The notes under the pieces are model-generated. The model worked only from the letters and a program-made list of their open reading frames with translations. It did not search any database and was not told the DNA's origin. From NCBI GenBank assembly GCA_963772345.1, contig CAVYXB010000004.1:88228-152227 (forward strand): a stretch of DNA of 64,000 nt. Reading direction: 5' to 3'. A program made the translations under genes and the position numbers. Shown here piece by piece: positions 36,170 to 47,370 of the stretch (the stretch's first letter is position 1; each line of letters begins with the position of its first letter). Source of the DNA: an uncultured bacterium (GTDB lineage: Bacteria; Actinomycetota; Thermoleophilia; Solirubrobacterales; 70-9).

Positions 36170-36605
36170 GCGACTTGTCTACAGCGACCTGCCCGCCGTG
36201 CTCTCGATCGAGCGCCGTGCGTTCGAGACCCCCTGGTCACTGGCGATGTTCGTGCTCGAGCTCTCGAAGCCCTCCGGGATCTGCCTCGCGCTCACGGACG
36301 GGGACCGCCTGTCCGGCTATCTGGTCTGCTCTCGCTATGCCGACGTCTGGCACCTGATGAACATCGCCGTGATCCCGGAACGGCGGCGCCAGGGGATCGC
36401 CCGCCGGCTGCTCGAGCGGCTGTTCGACGAGGCCGGCGCCGACGCGCGCTACACGCTCGAGGTCCGCACGTCGAATCACGGGGCGATCGCGATGTACGAG
36501 CAGCTCGGCTTTCGCCGCGCCGGGCACCGTCGTCGCTACTACCACGACAACGGGGAGGACGCCTTGATCATGTGGCTCGAGGTCCCGGCGGCCGTCGAGG
36601 CTTGA
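36150..36605 (+). CDS. rimI: Ribosomal-protein-alanine N-acetyltransferase
   Basis: The 151-aa GNAT protein is intact (NIAVIPERRRQGIARRLL, AIAMYEQLGF). Its position between tsaB and tsaD is the canonical one. Confidence 0.88.
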   Translation: MSEMQVRRLVYSDLPAVLSIERRAFETPWSLAMFVLELSKPSGICLALTDGDRLSGYLVCSRYADVWHLMNIAVIPERRRQGIARRLLERLFDEAGADARYTLEVRTSNHGAIAMYEQLGFRRAGHRRRYYHDNGEDALIMWLEVPAAVEA

Positions 36606-37589
36606 TCCTCGCGATCGAGACCTCCTGCGACGACACCTGCGCCGCGGTCACCGATGGGGGTCACGTCCGCTCCAACGTGATCTCCTCGCAGGCTGCCGCT
36701 CACGCGCGCTACGGCGGGGTGGTGCCGGAGGTCGCATCGCGCCATCACCTCGAGCTCGTCAACCCGGTGGTCGATGCGGCGCTGGCCGAGGCGGAGGTGG
36801 AGCTCGCTGAGATCGAATCGCTTGCGGTCACCCGTGGGCCGGGCCTGATCGGCGCGCTCCTGGTCGGGGTCGCCACCGCGAAATCGCTGGCGGCGGCCAC
36901 GCGAAAGCCCCTCGCGGGCGTGGACCATCTGCAGGGGCACGTCGCCGCCAACTTCCTCGAGCCCGACCCGCTCGATCCGCCGTTCCTGTGCCTGATCGCG
37001 AGCGGGGGGCACACCCTGCTCGCGGGCGTGCGGGCGCGTGACGGCTACGAGGTGCTCGGGCAGACGCTCGACGACGCGGCCGGGGAGGCGCTCGACAAGG
37101 GCGCCCGGCTGCTGGGCCTGGGGTATCCGGGCGGGCCGGCGATCGAGCGCGCCGCTGCCGACAGGCGATCCCGGAGCCTTCTCTTTCCCGGTCGGGATGT
37201 CCCGCGACCCGGGCCTCGACTTCAGCTTCAGCGGGTTGAAGACCGCGCTCCTGTACGCGACCCGCGAGCTCGACCCGGAGGAGATGCGAGCGGCGTCTCG
37301 CCGACCTTGCCGCGAGCTATCAGGCGGCGGTAGTGGGCCAGCTGATCGCCAAGCTCGAGCGCGCCGTCGACGGTGGCGAGTGGAGGGCCGTGGCGCTCGG
37401 CGGGGGCGTGGCCGCGAACTCGCTGCTCCGGGAGAGGACGGCGGCCCTCTGCCGGGAGCGGGGGCTGCGACCTCAAGCTCGTCGCCCGCGAGCTCTGCAC
37501 GGACAACGCGGCGATGATCGCCTCGGCGGCGCGCTTTCTGGAGCCCGCTCCCTACCCCGAATACCTGGCCTGGGACGCCGCTCGCATGA
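36602..37589 (+). CDS. tsaD: tRNA N6-adenosine threonylcarbamoyltransferase TsaD (reading frame broken at least 3 times; 3' end approximate)
   Basis: TTG 36602 overlaps the rimI stop. Recognisable pieces are LAIETSCDDT, HARYGGVVPEVASRHH, LIASGGHT, DDAAGEALDKGARLLGL.YPGGP, SFSGLKTA, GGGVAAN and CTDNAAMI. The last segment reads in frame into the next gene. The likely stop is TGA 37587-37589. Confidence 0.9.
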
Positions 37590-37836
37590 CGAGCGTGACG
37601 CTGTACACCAGGCCCGGCTGCCACCTGTGCGACGAGGCGAGGGAGGCGATCGTCGCCCTTCGCGGCGAGCTGCCGCCGTTCGAGCTCCAGGAGGTCGACA
37701 TCGAGCTCCGACGACGCCCTGCACGCGCGCTACCTGGAGCGGATCCCGGTGGTCGAGGTGGACGGTGCGGTCGTCTCCGAGCTGGTGTTCGAGCCCGAGC
37801 CGGTTGCGCGCCAGTCTCGATACTGTCCGGCCATGA
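37586..37836 (+). CDS. Glutaredoxin-like small redox protein (DUF836/YruB-like; one or two frame breaks)
   Basis: The protein reads MTSVTLYTRPGCHLCDEAREAI...ELQEVDIE and then ...HARYLERIPVVEVDG in a shifted frame. The probable end is ...LRASLDTVRP* at TGA 37834-37836. Confidence 0.65.
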
Positions 37837-38536
37837 TCACGCCGCGCGCGCCCGCCGCCCGATGACCGACGAATCAGCTTTGGCGGAGGAGGGCGGAGCT
37901 GCTCTCTGCCGGACGGCGACCGCCTCTCGCTCGGGGTCGCCGCGCGCCTGTCCCGCTATCTCCAGGTCCTGATCCAGGCGCGCAAGATGGGCAAGGAGAC
38001 GATCTCCTCGCAGGAGCTCGCCGAGTACACGCACATCAACTCGACCCAGATCCGCCGTGACCTCTCGGGCTTCGGCAAGTTCGGAAAGCGGGGAGTCGGC
38101 TACCGGGTCGACTCGCTGGTCGACCAGATCCGCAAGATCCTGCGCAGCTCCGGCCAGCACAACATCGTCCTGTTCGGGGCCGGAAACCTCGGGCAGGCGA
38201 TCGCGAGCTCGGACGTCTTCGCGGACCACGGGTTCCAGATCGTCGCCATCTTCGACGTCGAGCCGCAAGCTGGTCGGGAAGGCAGCTTCGGCGACGTCAC
38301 GGTCCACGGCGTGGACGACCTCGCAGCGGGTGGTCGCCGATCAGGACGTGGTCGTCGGCGTGCTGGCGGTGCCGTCGTCGGCCGCCCAGGACGCCGCGGA
38401 CCGGCTGGTGAGCGCGGGCGTGCGGATCATCTTCAACTACTCCGAGCAGCTGCTCCAGGTGCCGCCGGACGTGACCGTGCACACGTCGAGCCCTGCGGTC
38501 GACCTGCTCTACGCGCTCTACTTCTATTTGACCTGA
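37833..38536 (+). CDS. rex: Redox-sensing transcriptional repressor Rex (reading frame broken at least 3 times)
   Basis: Recognisable pieces are ARLSRYLQVLIQARKMGKETISSQELAEY...IRRDLSGFGKFGKRGVGY, the Rossmann motif LFGAGNLGQAI, and the C-terminus VRIIFNYSEQLL...LYALYFYLT*. ATG 37833 overlaps the preceding TGA. ATG 37862 is an alternative start. Confidence 0.85.
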
Positions 38537-38606
38537 CCGTCCGCTGTGGATGGCGGCGGCGAGCGCCAAGTGAGAGCCCTCGAACCTGCCCAGGTGCGAG
38601 CATCCG

Positions 38607-39800
38607 GTGATGAACAGCGGAGGCCGCACGGACGCTCAGGCCGCCGGCCATCTCGATCTCGCGCGGACGCGGGAGGTCTTCGACGGCGTCGACCGACTTC
38701 ACGATCGGGCTCGAGGAGGAGTTCGCGATCGTCGACCCGGAGACGCTCGAGCTGCGAGCACCGCTTCGAGGACCTCTACGCCGCCTGTCTTGAGGACGAG
38801 CTGCTCGCCGATTCGGCGGCGGGGGAGCTGATCGACATCCGAGATCGAGATCCGCTCGGGCAAGGCCGAGACGTTCGACGAGGCGATGGAGCGCCAGCGC
38901 GAGCATCGCGTGCGGCTGTTCGCGCTCGCCGAGGGCATGGGGCTTGCGCTCGCTGCGATGGGTACCCATCCGTGGGCCGAGCTACCTCGACCAGCGGATC
39001 ATCGACACGCCTCACTATGCGCGGCTGCGCGAGGAGCTGCGGTGGGTGGCGCAGCGGAACAACACGTGGAGCCTTCACGTCCACGTCGGCGTGCGAGACG
39101 TCGACCGGGCGATCGCCGTGTGCGATCACCTGCGCGGCCTGCTGCCCGCACTGCTCGCGGTCTCGGCGAACTCGCCGTTCCTCGATCGGCCGCGACACCG
39201 GCCTGCACTCGGTGCGCACCGAGATCTTCACCCGCGTCTTTCCCCGCTGCGGCGTGCACGAGCCGTTCGGAACGTGGGATGCCTACGCGGACTTCGTGGA
39301 GCTACTGGTCCGGACCGGCTCGATCGTCGAGGCCACGCAGCTCTGGTGGAGCGTCCGCCCCCACCACGAGTTCGGCACCGTCGAGCTGCGGATCTGTGAC
39401 GCCCAGACGAGGGGTGAGGAGTCGTTCGGGCTCGCCGCGCTGATCGCCGCATGCGTCGCGCAGAGCGCGCTGGACTACGACGACGGACGGCTGGGCGAGC
39501 CGATGCGCCAACGGGAGATCGAGGAGAACCTCTGGCGGGCGATCCGTCACGGCATGGACGGCAAGCAGATCGACTTCGCCCGCGGGCGAGGAGGTCTCGA
39601 CCGCTGCCGCCGTCGAGCGGATCGTGGAGTGGGCGGCGCCTGCCCGCGAGGCGCTTGGCCTAGAGGTCGCGATTCCGGCGGCGAACGGGGCTCAGCGAGC
39701 CCGGGCGGCGCTCGCGGGAGGCGGCTCGATCGAGGAGGTCTACCGCGGGGCGGTCGAGGAGACCAAGCGCACGTATGCTCCAGAGCGAGTGAACTACTAG
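38607..39800 (+). CDS. ybdK: Carboxylate-amine ligase, glutamate-cysteine ligase family 2 (YbdK-like) (reading frame broken at least 5 times)
   Basis: Recognisable pieces are FTIGLEEEFAIVDPETLEL, GTHPWA, HYARLREELRWVAQRNNTWSLHVHVGV, VSANSPF and QLWWSVRPHHEFGTVELRICDAQ. They are spread over ORFs 38546.., 38607.., 38886.. and 38944... Confidence 0.8.
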
Positions 39801-39805
39801 CGCCG

Positions 39806-40260
39806 ATGCCCGAAGCCGAGAGTCCAACCCCACCGCCCGAGGGCAGCAGCCGCCGCAGAGCGAGGAGGAGCTTCGCGCGCGGATCGAGGAGCAGCTCCGC
39901 ACGGTCCGCGTCCAGGACCTGCTGCTGGAGAGCATCGTCAGCGTGCTCAACCTCACGGCCCGGCGGATCGCCAAGGAGGACGAGCGCGACCTCGAGCAGG
40001 CGCGGGTGGGGATCGAGGCGGTCCGGGCGGTCGTCGGCCTGCTGGATCGCGAGCCGGCCGAGCAGGTTCGCAGCGCGCTGTCCCAGGTCCAGGTGCTGTA
40101 CGCGAAGCAAGCGGGCGAGGGCGCGCCGGAGGCCGGGGAGGGAGAGGCGGCGGCGCCCACGGAGCCGCCGGCCCCCGAGAGGCCGGCGCCCAGCGCACCT
40201 CGGCGGGCGCCCTCCGAAGCTCTGGACGCCGCCGGGTACGTAAGCCGCGGCATCATCTAG
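39806..40260 (+). CDS. Hypothetical acidic/helical protein (one frame break ~39850)
   Basis: ATG 39806 (MPEAESPTPPPEG) joins ORF 39943..40260 (LLLESIVSVLNLTARRIAKEDERDLEQAR...). The C-terminus is Pro/Ala-rich. I recognise no family with confidence. Confidence 0.5.
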
Positions 40261-40330
40261 ACTCCCGGCGCTTTCGCTGGCCCGAGACGCGGGTCCGACA
40301 ACTCCAGCACCGCTACCGGAGGACTGAGAC

Positions 40331-42406
40331 TTGACGAAGTTCCTGACCGATTACGGCGTGGTGATCGCGCTCGTCTGCGCCGGGGCCGCGGTCGTCTACG
40401 GCGCCCTCATCACCCAACGGTTGCTCGCCCGATCGCCCGGCAACGAGCGGATGCAGGAGATCTCCAGCGCCGTCCAGGAAGGCGCCCGCGCCTACCTCAC
40501 CCGCCAGTACACGATCATCGCCGGCGTTGCGATTGTGCTCGCGGTGCTGCTGATCGTGCTTCGGAACGTGGACACCGCGATCGGCTTCGTGATCGGCGGG
40601 CGCGTTCTCGGGCGCGGCCGGGTTCATCGGCATGAACCTCTCGGTGCGCGCCAACTCGCGAGTCGCGGAGGCGGCGCGCGGAGGGGTTCCGCCGGCGCTC
40701 GACGTCGCCTTCAAGGGCGGCTCGGTGACGGGGCTGCTCGTGGTCGGCCTGGCCCTGCTCGGGCGTCGCCGGCTACTTCGGGATCCTGATGCTGGCCAAC
40801 AAGACCGACAAGGAGGCGGTGGACGCTCTCGTCGGGCTCGGGTTCGGCGGCTCGCTGATCTCGGTCTTCGCCCGGCTCGGGGGCGGGATCTTCACCAAGG
40901 CCGCCGACGTCGGCGCGGACCTGGTCGGCAAGGTCGAAGCCGGGATCCCCGAGGACGACCCCCGCAACCCCGCGGTGATCGCCGACAACGTGGGCGACAA
41001 CGTCGGGGACTGCGCCGGGATGGCCGCGGACCTGTTCGAGACCTACGCGGTCACCTCGGTCGCCGTGATGCTGCTCGGCGTGCTGACCTTCTCGGAGTCG
41101 CGGGAGGTGGCGGTCTACCCGCTGGTGATGGGCGCCGTCGCGATCATCGCCTCGATCATCGGGGCGCTCTCGGTGCGCACCAGGACCGGCAACGTGGAGG
41201 CGGCGCTCTACCGGGGGCTGGCGGTCTCGGCGGTGCTCTCGGCGGCCGCGTTCTACCCGATCACCAAGTGGCTGATGGACGACATCAGCTTCAAGGCGGC
41301 CAGCCTGAGCAGCACTCCCTCGCGTTACGCGACCTGTGGCTGTGCGGCCTGATCGGCGTGGGGGTGACGGCGGGGCTGTTCGTGATCACCGACTACTACA
41401 CGTCGACCCGGTTCCGCCCCGTGAAGACGATCAGCCGGGCCTCGGTCACCGGGCACGCGACCAACATCATCCAGGGGCTTGCCCAGGGATTCCAGTCGAC
41501 CGCGGCGCCGGCGCTCCTGATCGCGCTCGCGATCCTCGGCGCCGACCAGCTGGCGGGCGTCTACGGGATCGGCATCGCGGTGATGGCGCAGCTCTCGCTG
41601 ACCGGCCTGATCGTCGCGCTCGACGCGTTCGGGCCGATCACGGACAACGCGGGCGGGATCGCCGAGATGGCCGACCTGCCGGAGGACGTCCGCAACGTCA
41701 CCGACCCGCTCGACGCGGTCGGCAACACGACCAAGGCGGTGACCAAGGGGTATGCGATCGGCTCCGCCGCGCTCGCCGCGCTGGTCCTGTTCAGCGCCTT
41801 CAAGATCGAGCTGGCCGACGAGGCCCCGACCGGCTTCAACCTCGACGGCGCTCTTCCACCTGACGACGCCGGCCGTGCTGATCGGGCTCCTGATCGGCGG
41901 GATGATGGTCTACCTGTTCGCGGCGCTCGCGATCGAGGCGGTCGGGCGGGCGGGCGGGCAGGTGGTCGAGGAGGTCCGCCGCCAGTTCCGGGAGCACCCG
42001 GGGATCATGGAGGGCACGGAGAAGCCCGAGTACGGGGGGACGGTGAGGATCGTGACGGCGGCCGCGCAGCGGGAGATGATCCTGCCGTCGCTGATCCCGA
42101 TCGTGGTGCCGCTCGTGGTGGGCCTGATCAGCGTCGACGCGCTGGGCGGGCTGCTTGATCGGGGTGATCGTCGTGGGCCTGTTCGCGGCGCTCTCGATGA
42201 CCGCGGGCGGCGGCGCGTGGGACAACGCCAAGAAGCTGATCGAGGACGGCGCATACGGCGGCAAGGGGTCGGAGGCCCACGCCGCCGCGGTCACGGGCGA
42301 CACGGTCGGCGATCCCTACAAGGACACCGCCGGCCCCGCGATCAACCCGATGATCAAGGTGGCCAACATCGTCGCGATCCTGATCATCCCGATCGTCCAC
42401 TTCTAG
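40331..42406 (+). CDS. hppA: Membrane-bound proton-translocating pyrophosphatase (reading frame broken at least 5 times)
   Basis: A GGAGGA RBS precedes TTG 40331. Hallmark motifs are [57 protein letters not shown] and [18 protein letters not shown]. Confidence 0.92.
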
Positions 42407-42420
42407 CGGACCGCCTGAAT

Positions 42421-42607
42421 GGCTGGGTAGGGACCGGCGCCAGGCGCTGGGAATCCCGCATCGTCGGGCCTTGGACCATCCGTGCTCAGACCGTCGCGAA
42501 CGACCGACAAACGGAGAATGTCGGTACTTCGCGACGGTGGTCGGAGGCGGTTCCGCAACCGCGGGCATCGCTCGCGGCCGCGGGAGGCACCCGCCTCCTA
42601 CCCAGCC
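42421..42607 (+). ncRNA. Structured GC-rich element between hppA and the first APC/USP gene (candidate cis-regulatory RNA; weak resemblance to the ydaO/c-di-AMP class)
   Basis: An 11-bp perfect long-range helix (ggctgggtagg 42421-31 with cctacccagcc 42597-607) encloses three structures: hairpin 42433-42450, hairpin 42493-42535 (gtcgcgaa..accgaca/tgtcggt..ttcgcgac) and helix 42543-50/42591-98. The motif GUAGGGACC-hairpin-GGGAAUCCC is present. This was not verified against a covariance model. Confidence 0.3.
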
Positions 42608-42654
42608 CGTCGATCCGGCGTGGCTAGCCGTGCCTGGGCCTATATTCGGATCTG

Positions 42655-44576
42655 ATGGCTGAGCGGATTCCCAGGGAAGAGTCGCTTCGGCGGGTGCACG
42701 GCGTCGGGGCGCTGTTCTCGGCGGCGTACGGGAACGTCGGCTCGTCGATCTACTACGCGCTCGGCGTCACCGCCGGCGTTCGCGCTCGGCCTGACCCCGG
42801 TCGCCTTCGTGATCGCGGGGCTGATCTTCGTCTTCACCGCGGCCACCTACACCGAGGCGACGGTGATGTACCCGGAGGCCGGGGGGTCCTCGAGCTTCGC
42901 CCGCCACGCCTTCAACGAGCTGGCCTCGTTCTTCGCCGGCCTGGGCCCAGATGCTCAACTACGTGATCACGGTCGCGATCTCGGCCTTCTTCGTGCCCCA
43001 CTACCTGAGCGTGTTCTGGGCGCCGCTCAAGCACGGGCCCGGGCGACGTGATCGGCGGGGTCGTGCTGGTCGGCGCTGCTGGCGGCGCTCAACATCAAGG
43101 GGACCCAGGAGTCGTCGCGGCTCAACCTGGTGCTGGCGATCGGCGACCTGTGCACCCAGATCGTGCTGGTCGGGATCGGCATCGCGCTGGTGCTGAGCCC
43201 GCGACATCCTGGTCAACAACGTCCACCTCGGCACCGCGCCCACCTGGGGCAACTTCGCGCTCGGGATCGCGGTCGGGATGATCGCCTACACGGGGATCGA
43301 GACGATCTCGAACATGGCCGAGGAGGCCCGCGACGCGCCGCGGACGATCCCACGCGGGGTGGGCCTGGTGGTGCTGGCGGTGCTCGGGCCTCTACGTGCT
43401 GATCCCGATCGTCGCCCTGTCGGCGATGCCGGTCACGCAGGACGCCGCGCGGCCACTACACGACCGAGCTGGGCACGAAGTTCGCCGGCGACCCGGTGCT
43501 CGGGATCGTCGAGAACCTGGGGCTGGGCGCGGGCCTCACGCACGCGCTGCGCATCTACGTCGGGATCCTGGCCGCGGTGATCCTGCTGATCGCCACCAAC
43601 GCGGGCGCTGATCGGCGTGTCGCGGCTGACCTACTCGATGGGCCAGCACCGCCAGCTCCCGGAGGGGCTGCGGCAGGTGCACCCGCGGTTCCACACGCCC
43701 TACGTCGCGATCCTCGCCTTCTCCGCGGTCGCGGCGCTGACGATGCTCCCGGGCAAGACCGACTTCCTGGCGACGATGTACTCGTTCGGCGCGATGCTCT
43801 CGTTCACGATCGCGCACGTCTCGGTGATCCGACTGCGCCAGCGGCGTCCCGGAGCGAAAACGCGAGTGGAAGCCGCCGCTCAACTTCCGGCGTTCGGCTT
43901 CGAGGTGCCCGCTGACGGCGGTGCTCGGCGGGCTGGGGACGTTCGCCGCCTGGGTCGATCGTGATCGTCGCTGCACAGCGAGACGCGGCCTGGTGGGCGC
44001 CGGCGTGGATGCTGTTCGGCGTCCTGCTCTACGCTGGGCTACCGCCGCCGCCAGCAGCTGCCGCTCGCGGCAGACCGTGAAGGTGGTGACGCCCGAGCCG
44101 CTCGGGGTCGAGGAGGTCGAGTACAAGAGCGTCCTGGTCGCGTTCGAGGACGAGCCGTTCTCCGAGGAGGCGGTGGCGACGGCCGCGCGGCTGGCGGCGC
44201 GCCGGCGGCGCGGGATCCACGTCCAGGCGATCGTCAACGGTCCCCACCGCCCTGCCGATGGACGCGCCGCTCGAGCGCGAGGAGGAGGAGGCGCAGAGCA
44301 AGATCGAGCGGGCGAAGCTGATCGGCGGCCTGCGGGTCACGGGGCACGTGCGAGCGGGTGCGGCCCGGGCCAGGCGGGCCAGGCGATCGTCGAGGAGGCA
44401 CGCGAGATCAAGGCGGCCGCGATCGTGATGCCGCTTCGCTACCGGAACGGCACGCCCGCTGTACGGCAAGACGCTTCAGACCGTGCTCGCAGAAGCGGCC
44501 CTGCCGGGTGATCGTCGCCGCTCAGCCCGGGCGAGAAGGCTTCGCGTCGCGGCCTGAGTCGTCGCGCGGCGTGTGA
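42655..44576 (+). CDS. APC-superfamily permease fused to a C-terminal universal stress protein (USP) domain, copy 1 (reading frame broken at least 8 times)
   Basis: Permease segments include GALFSAAYGNVGSSIYYALG, YPEAGGSSSFARHAFNE, GIETISNMAEEARD and RLTYSMGQHRQLP. The USP tail includes YKSVLVAFEDEPFSEEAV and IVEEAREIKAAAIVMP. TATATT lies 8 nt upstream of ATG 42655. Confidence 0.75.
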
Positions 44577-44610
44577 GGCGGCCGTCGGCCGCGGCCTAGA
44601 ATCGCTCGCG

Positions 44611-44805
44611 ATGGCGGCGCCCGACCAGCTCTATCGCGGGGTCACCCGGATCTTCTCGGTGGTGATCATCGGCTTCGGCCTGGCGATCCTCGTCGTCACG
44701 CTCGTCAACGGCGGCGGTCCGCTGTCGACGGGCTGCTGGCTGGGCCTGCTGTTCACCGCGATCGGGATCGCCCGCCTGTACATCGCCCTGCGGTCCGGCA
44801 GTTGA
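44611..44805 (+). CDS. Small two-TM membrane protein
   Basis: The 64-aa ORF is intact (IFSVVIIGFGLAILVVTLV...CWLGLLFTAIGIARLYIAL). Third-position G+C is high. Its stop overlaps the start of the next permease gene. Confidence 0.5.
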   Translation: MAAPDQLYRGVTRIFSVVIIGFGLAILVVTLVNGGGPLSTGCWLGLLFTAIGIARLYIALRSGS

Positions 44806-46843
44806 GCGAGGACCAGCCAAGCGAGTCGCCCCCCGCGGGCGACGGACGGCCGAGCCCCGCTCGGGGCGCCCGGTCCGGGAGGCCGCGTCTGCCCCGGGTG
44901 CGAGGTGGGCCCGGGCCCGCTGACGAGGCGCTTCCTCGGCGTTCCGCTGGCTGTTCGCGGTCGCCTACGCGGCGGTTGGCTTCTCGCTCTACTTCTCGAT
45001 CGGCGTCGTCGCCGACTGCGGCCTCGGGCTGACGCCGCTGGTCTTCCTGGCCGCCGGGCTCCTGTTCGTGCTCGCCACGCTCACGCTACGTCGAGGGCGG
45101 CGCGATGTTCGCTCGAGCGCGGCGGCTCGTCGACGCTCGCGCGCCACGCGTTCAACGAGCTGGTCAGCTTCATCGCCGGCTGGGCGATCCTGATCGACTA
45201 CATCATCGTCATCGCCCTCGCGGCGGTCTCGGTTGCCCACTACCTGGGCCCGATCTGGGGTGGATTCACGCACGGCTGGGCGGAGATCGCGGTCGCCGCC
45301 GTGGTGATCGCGTTCGCGGCGGCGATCAACATCGGCGGGCTTCACCGCGCTACGTCCGCCAGCGCCCGCTGATCGTCCTGGCGCTGGCCGACATCGTCCT
45401 GCAGCTCGCCGTGATCGCGGTCGGGGCGGTCGTCGCCTTCCACCCCGATCTGCTGACCGCGCACGTCGAGCTGTTCACGACGCCGTCCGCCAGGCACCTC
45501 CTGGAGGCGCTGGCGGTGGCCACGCTCGCGTTCGCGGGCATCGAGGCGGCCTCCGACCTGGCGCCCGACTTCGAGCTGGCGGCCGCGGGATCTGCGCCGC
45601 GTGGTCGGCGCGAGCGCGGTGATCCTGCCGGTGATCTACGCCGGGATGGCGGCGATCGCGCTGATGGCGGTGCCGGTGGTTCCGGGCCCGGACGGGCCGC
45701 ACACGGCGCTCGGCGGGCCGCTTCATCGAGGAGCCGGTGCTCGGGGTGGTGATGAGCTACGACCCGGCCTGGCTATCGACCGCTCCTGCAGATCGGCGGT
45801 GGTGGCGATCGCGCCCGCCGTGCTGGCCTGGGCGGCGAGCACCTCGATGCTGGGGCTGTCGCGGCACGTCTACGTCCTGGCCACCAACCGCCAGGTCCCG
45901 AGCTGGCTCGGGCAAGCTCGGCCAGCGCTCGACTCCGTATGTCGCGATCTCGGCGGCGGCGGTGATCGCGTTCGGGCTGGCGATTCCCGGCGACGTGCGC
46001 CTGCTGGCGGGGATCTACGCGTTCGGGGCGACGCTGGCGATCGCCATCGCCCACCTGTCGATCATCCGGCTGCGCTGGACGCAGCCCGACCGCGAGCGTC
46101 CGTTCCGGATCCCGTTCGACGTGACGGTCGCGCGGGCGCCGGCTGCCGGTGCCGGCGCTCCTCGGCGCGCTGCTGATGGTCGCTGCTGTGGATCGCGGTG
46201 CTCGTCTTCCGCGCCCGCGCGCGCTGGGTGGGTGGCGGCTGGATGCTGTTCGGCCTGGTCGCCTACGTCGTCTACCGGCGCTTCGTCGAGCGGACGTCGC
46301 TGACGAAGCGCGGTCTCGGTGCCGGAGGAGGCGCTGCGGAAGGACGGTGCACGAGGCCGAGTACGGGAACATCCTCGTGCCGGTCTTCGGCACGAAGCTC
46401 GACGACGACATCGTGGGCACCGCGGGCCGGCTCGCCGACGCGGCCGACGAGCCCGGTGAGGAGCGCCCCAAGCTGGAGGTGATCTACGTGATCGACCTGC
46501 CGCTGACGGTGCCGCTCGACGCGCCGCCGCCGAAGGAGCGGCTGGAGGCGGCCGAGGCGGCGCTCTGAAGCGCGCCAAGGAGGTGGGGGAGGAGTACGAG
46601 ACGGTGGAGGTGGAGACGGAGCTGGTGCGGGCGCGCAGCGTCGGCGCGGGGATCGTCGAGGAGGCGCGGCGCCGGAACGTCGAGCTGATCGTGATGGGCG
46701 GCGAGCCGCCGACCCGGGTGCGCGGCGGGGCGGTGCTCGGCGGCATCGGAGGCTCGCGTCCGCCGGAGGTCGGGGAGGTGACCGAGTACGTGCTCAGGAA
46801 GGCGCCCTGCCGGGTGCTGCTCACCGCGCCGCCGGAGGGCTAG
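44802..46843 (+). CDS. APC-superfamily permease fused to a C-terminal USP domain, copy 2 (reading frame broken at least 8 times; start approximate)
   Basis: It is a paralogue of copy 1: GGSSTLARHAFNELVSFIAGWAILIDYIIV, GIEAASDLAP, LGLSRHVYVLATNRQVPSW and AIAIAHLSIIRLR. The USP tail includes YGNILVPVFGTKLDDDIVGTAGRLA and GIVEEARRRNVELIVMG...VTEYVLRKAPCRVLL. Confidence 0.75.
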
Positions 46844-46912
46844 TCCGCGGGCGTCGATCGAGCGCGCAGCCGGTGCCTGAGCGGCGCCCCGGTGCGGGTA
46901 GCATCCAGGCCG

Positions 46913-47359
46913 ATGTTCATCCTGATCGTTGGAGGGGGCCGCGTCGGCTCGTCGCTGGCCCGGGCGATGCTTCGGGACGGGCACAGCGTCTCGTGCCTGG
47001 ACGAGGACTCGGAGTCGCACGCGCGCCTGGAGATCGGGCTGGAGCAGTCCTGGGAGGACATGGGCGGTCAGTTCACGGTCGGCACCGCGCTCGAGATCGA
47101 GGCGCTCCAGGAGGCCGGGATCGAGCAGGCCGACGCCTTCGTCGCCGCCACCGACGGCGACAACACGAACATCGTCATCGCCCAGATCGCCAAGCGGCGG
47201 TTCAACGTGCCGATGGTGATCGCGCGGATCCTCGATCCATACCGGGCCGAGTGGTACGAGCAGCAGGGGATGCGCACGATCTGCCCGACGCGGGTGGCGA
47301 TCGAGATGCTCGAGGCCGAGGTCAAGGAAGCCGCCGCGAAGGCCGCGGCCGGCGCGTAG
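46913..47359 (+). CDS. trkA: TrkA/RCK N-domain protein (CeoB-like K+ transport regulatory subunit)
   Basis: The gene is intact: MFILIVGGGRVGSSLAR (Rossmann GxGxxG) and DAFVAATDGDNTNIVIAQIAK. An alternative upstream start is at 46892. Confidence 0.85.
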   Translation: MFILIVGGGRVGSSLARAMLRDGHSVSCLDEDSESHARLEIGLEQSWEDMGGQFTVGTALEIEALQEAGIEQADAFVAATDGDNTNIVIAQIAKRRFNVPMVIARILDPYRAEWYEQQGMRTICPTRVAIEMLEAEVKEAAAKAAAGA

Positions 47360-47370
47360 GAGGGCGTCGG

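Noticed and set aside
36602-37836. Natural TsaD-glutaredoxin fusion protein (the frame of ORF 37373..37972 runs through both)
   Set aside because: An ATGA stop/start overlap is present at 37586-37589 in the adjacent frame. The read-through depends on one of many local frame errors, and I know of no such fusion architecture.
44578-44592. Palindrome gcggccg-t-cggccgc after the first APC/USP gene, read as an intrinsic terminator
   Set aside because: A 1-nt loop is sterically impossible without opening the stem, there is no U-tract, and the next gene starts 19 nt later. It is probably just GC-rich symmetry.
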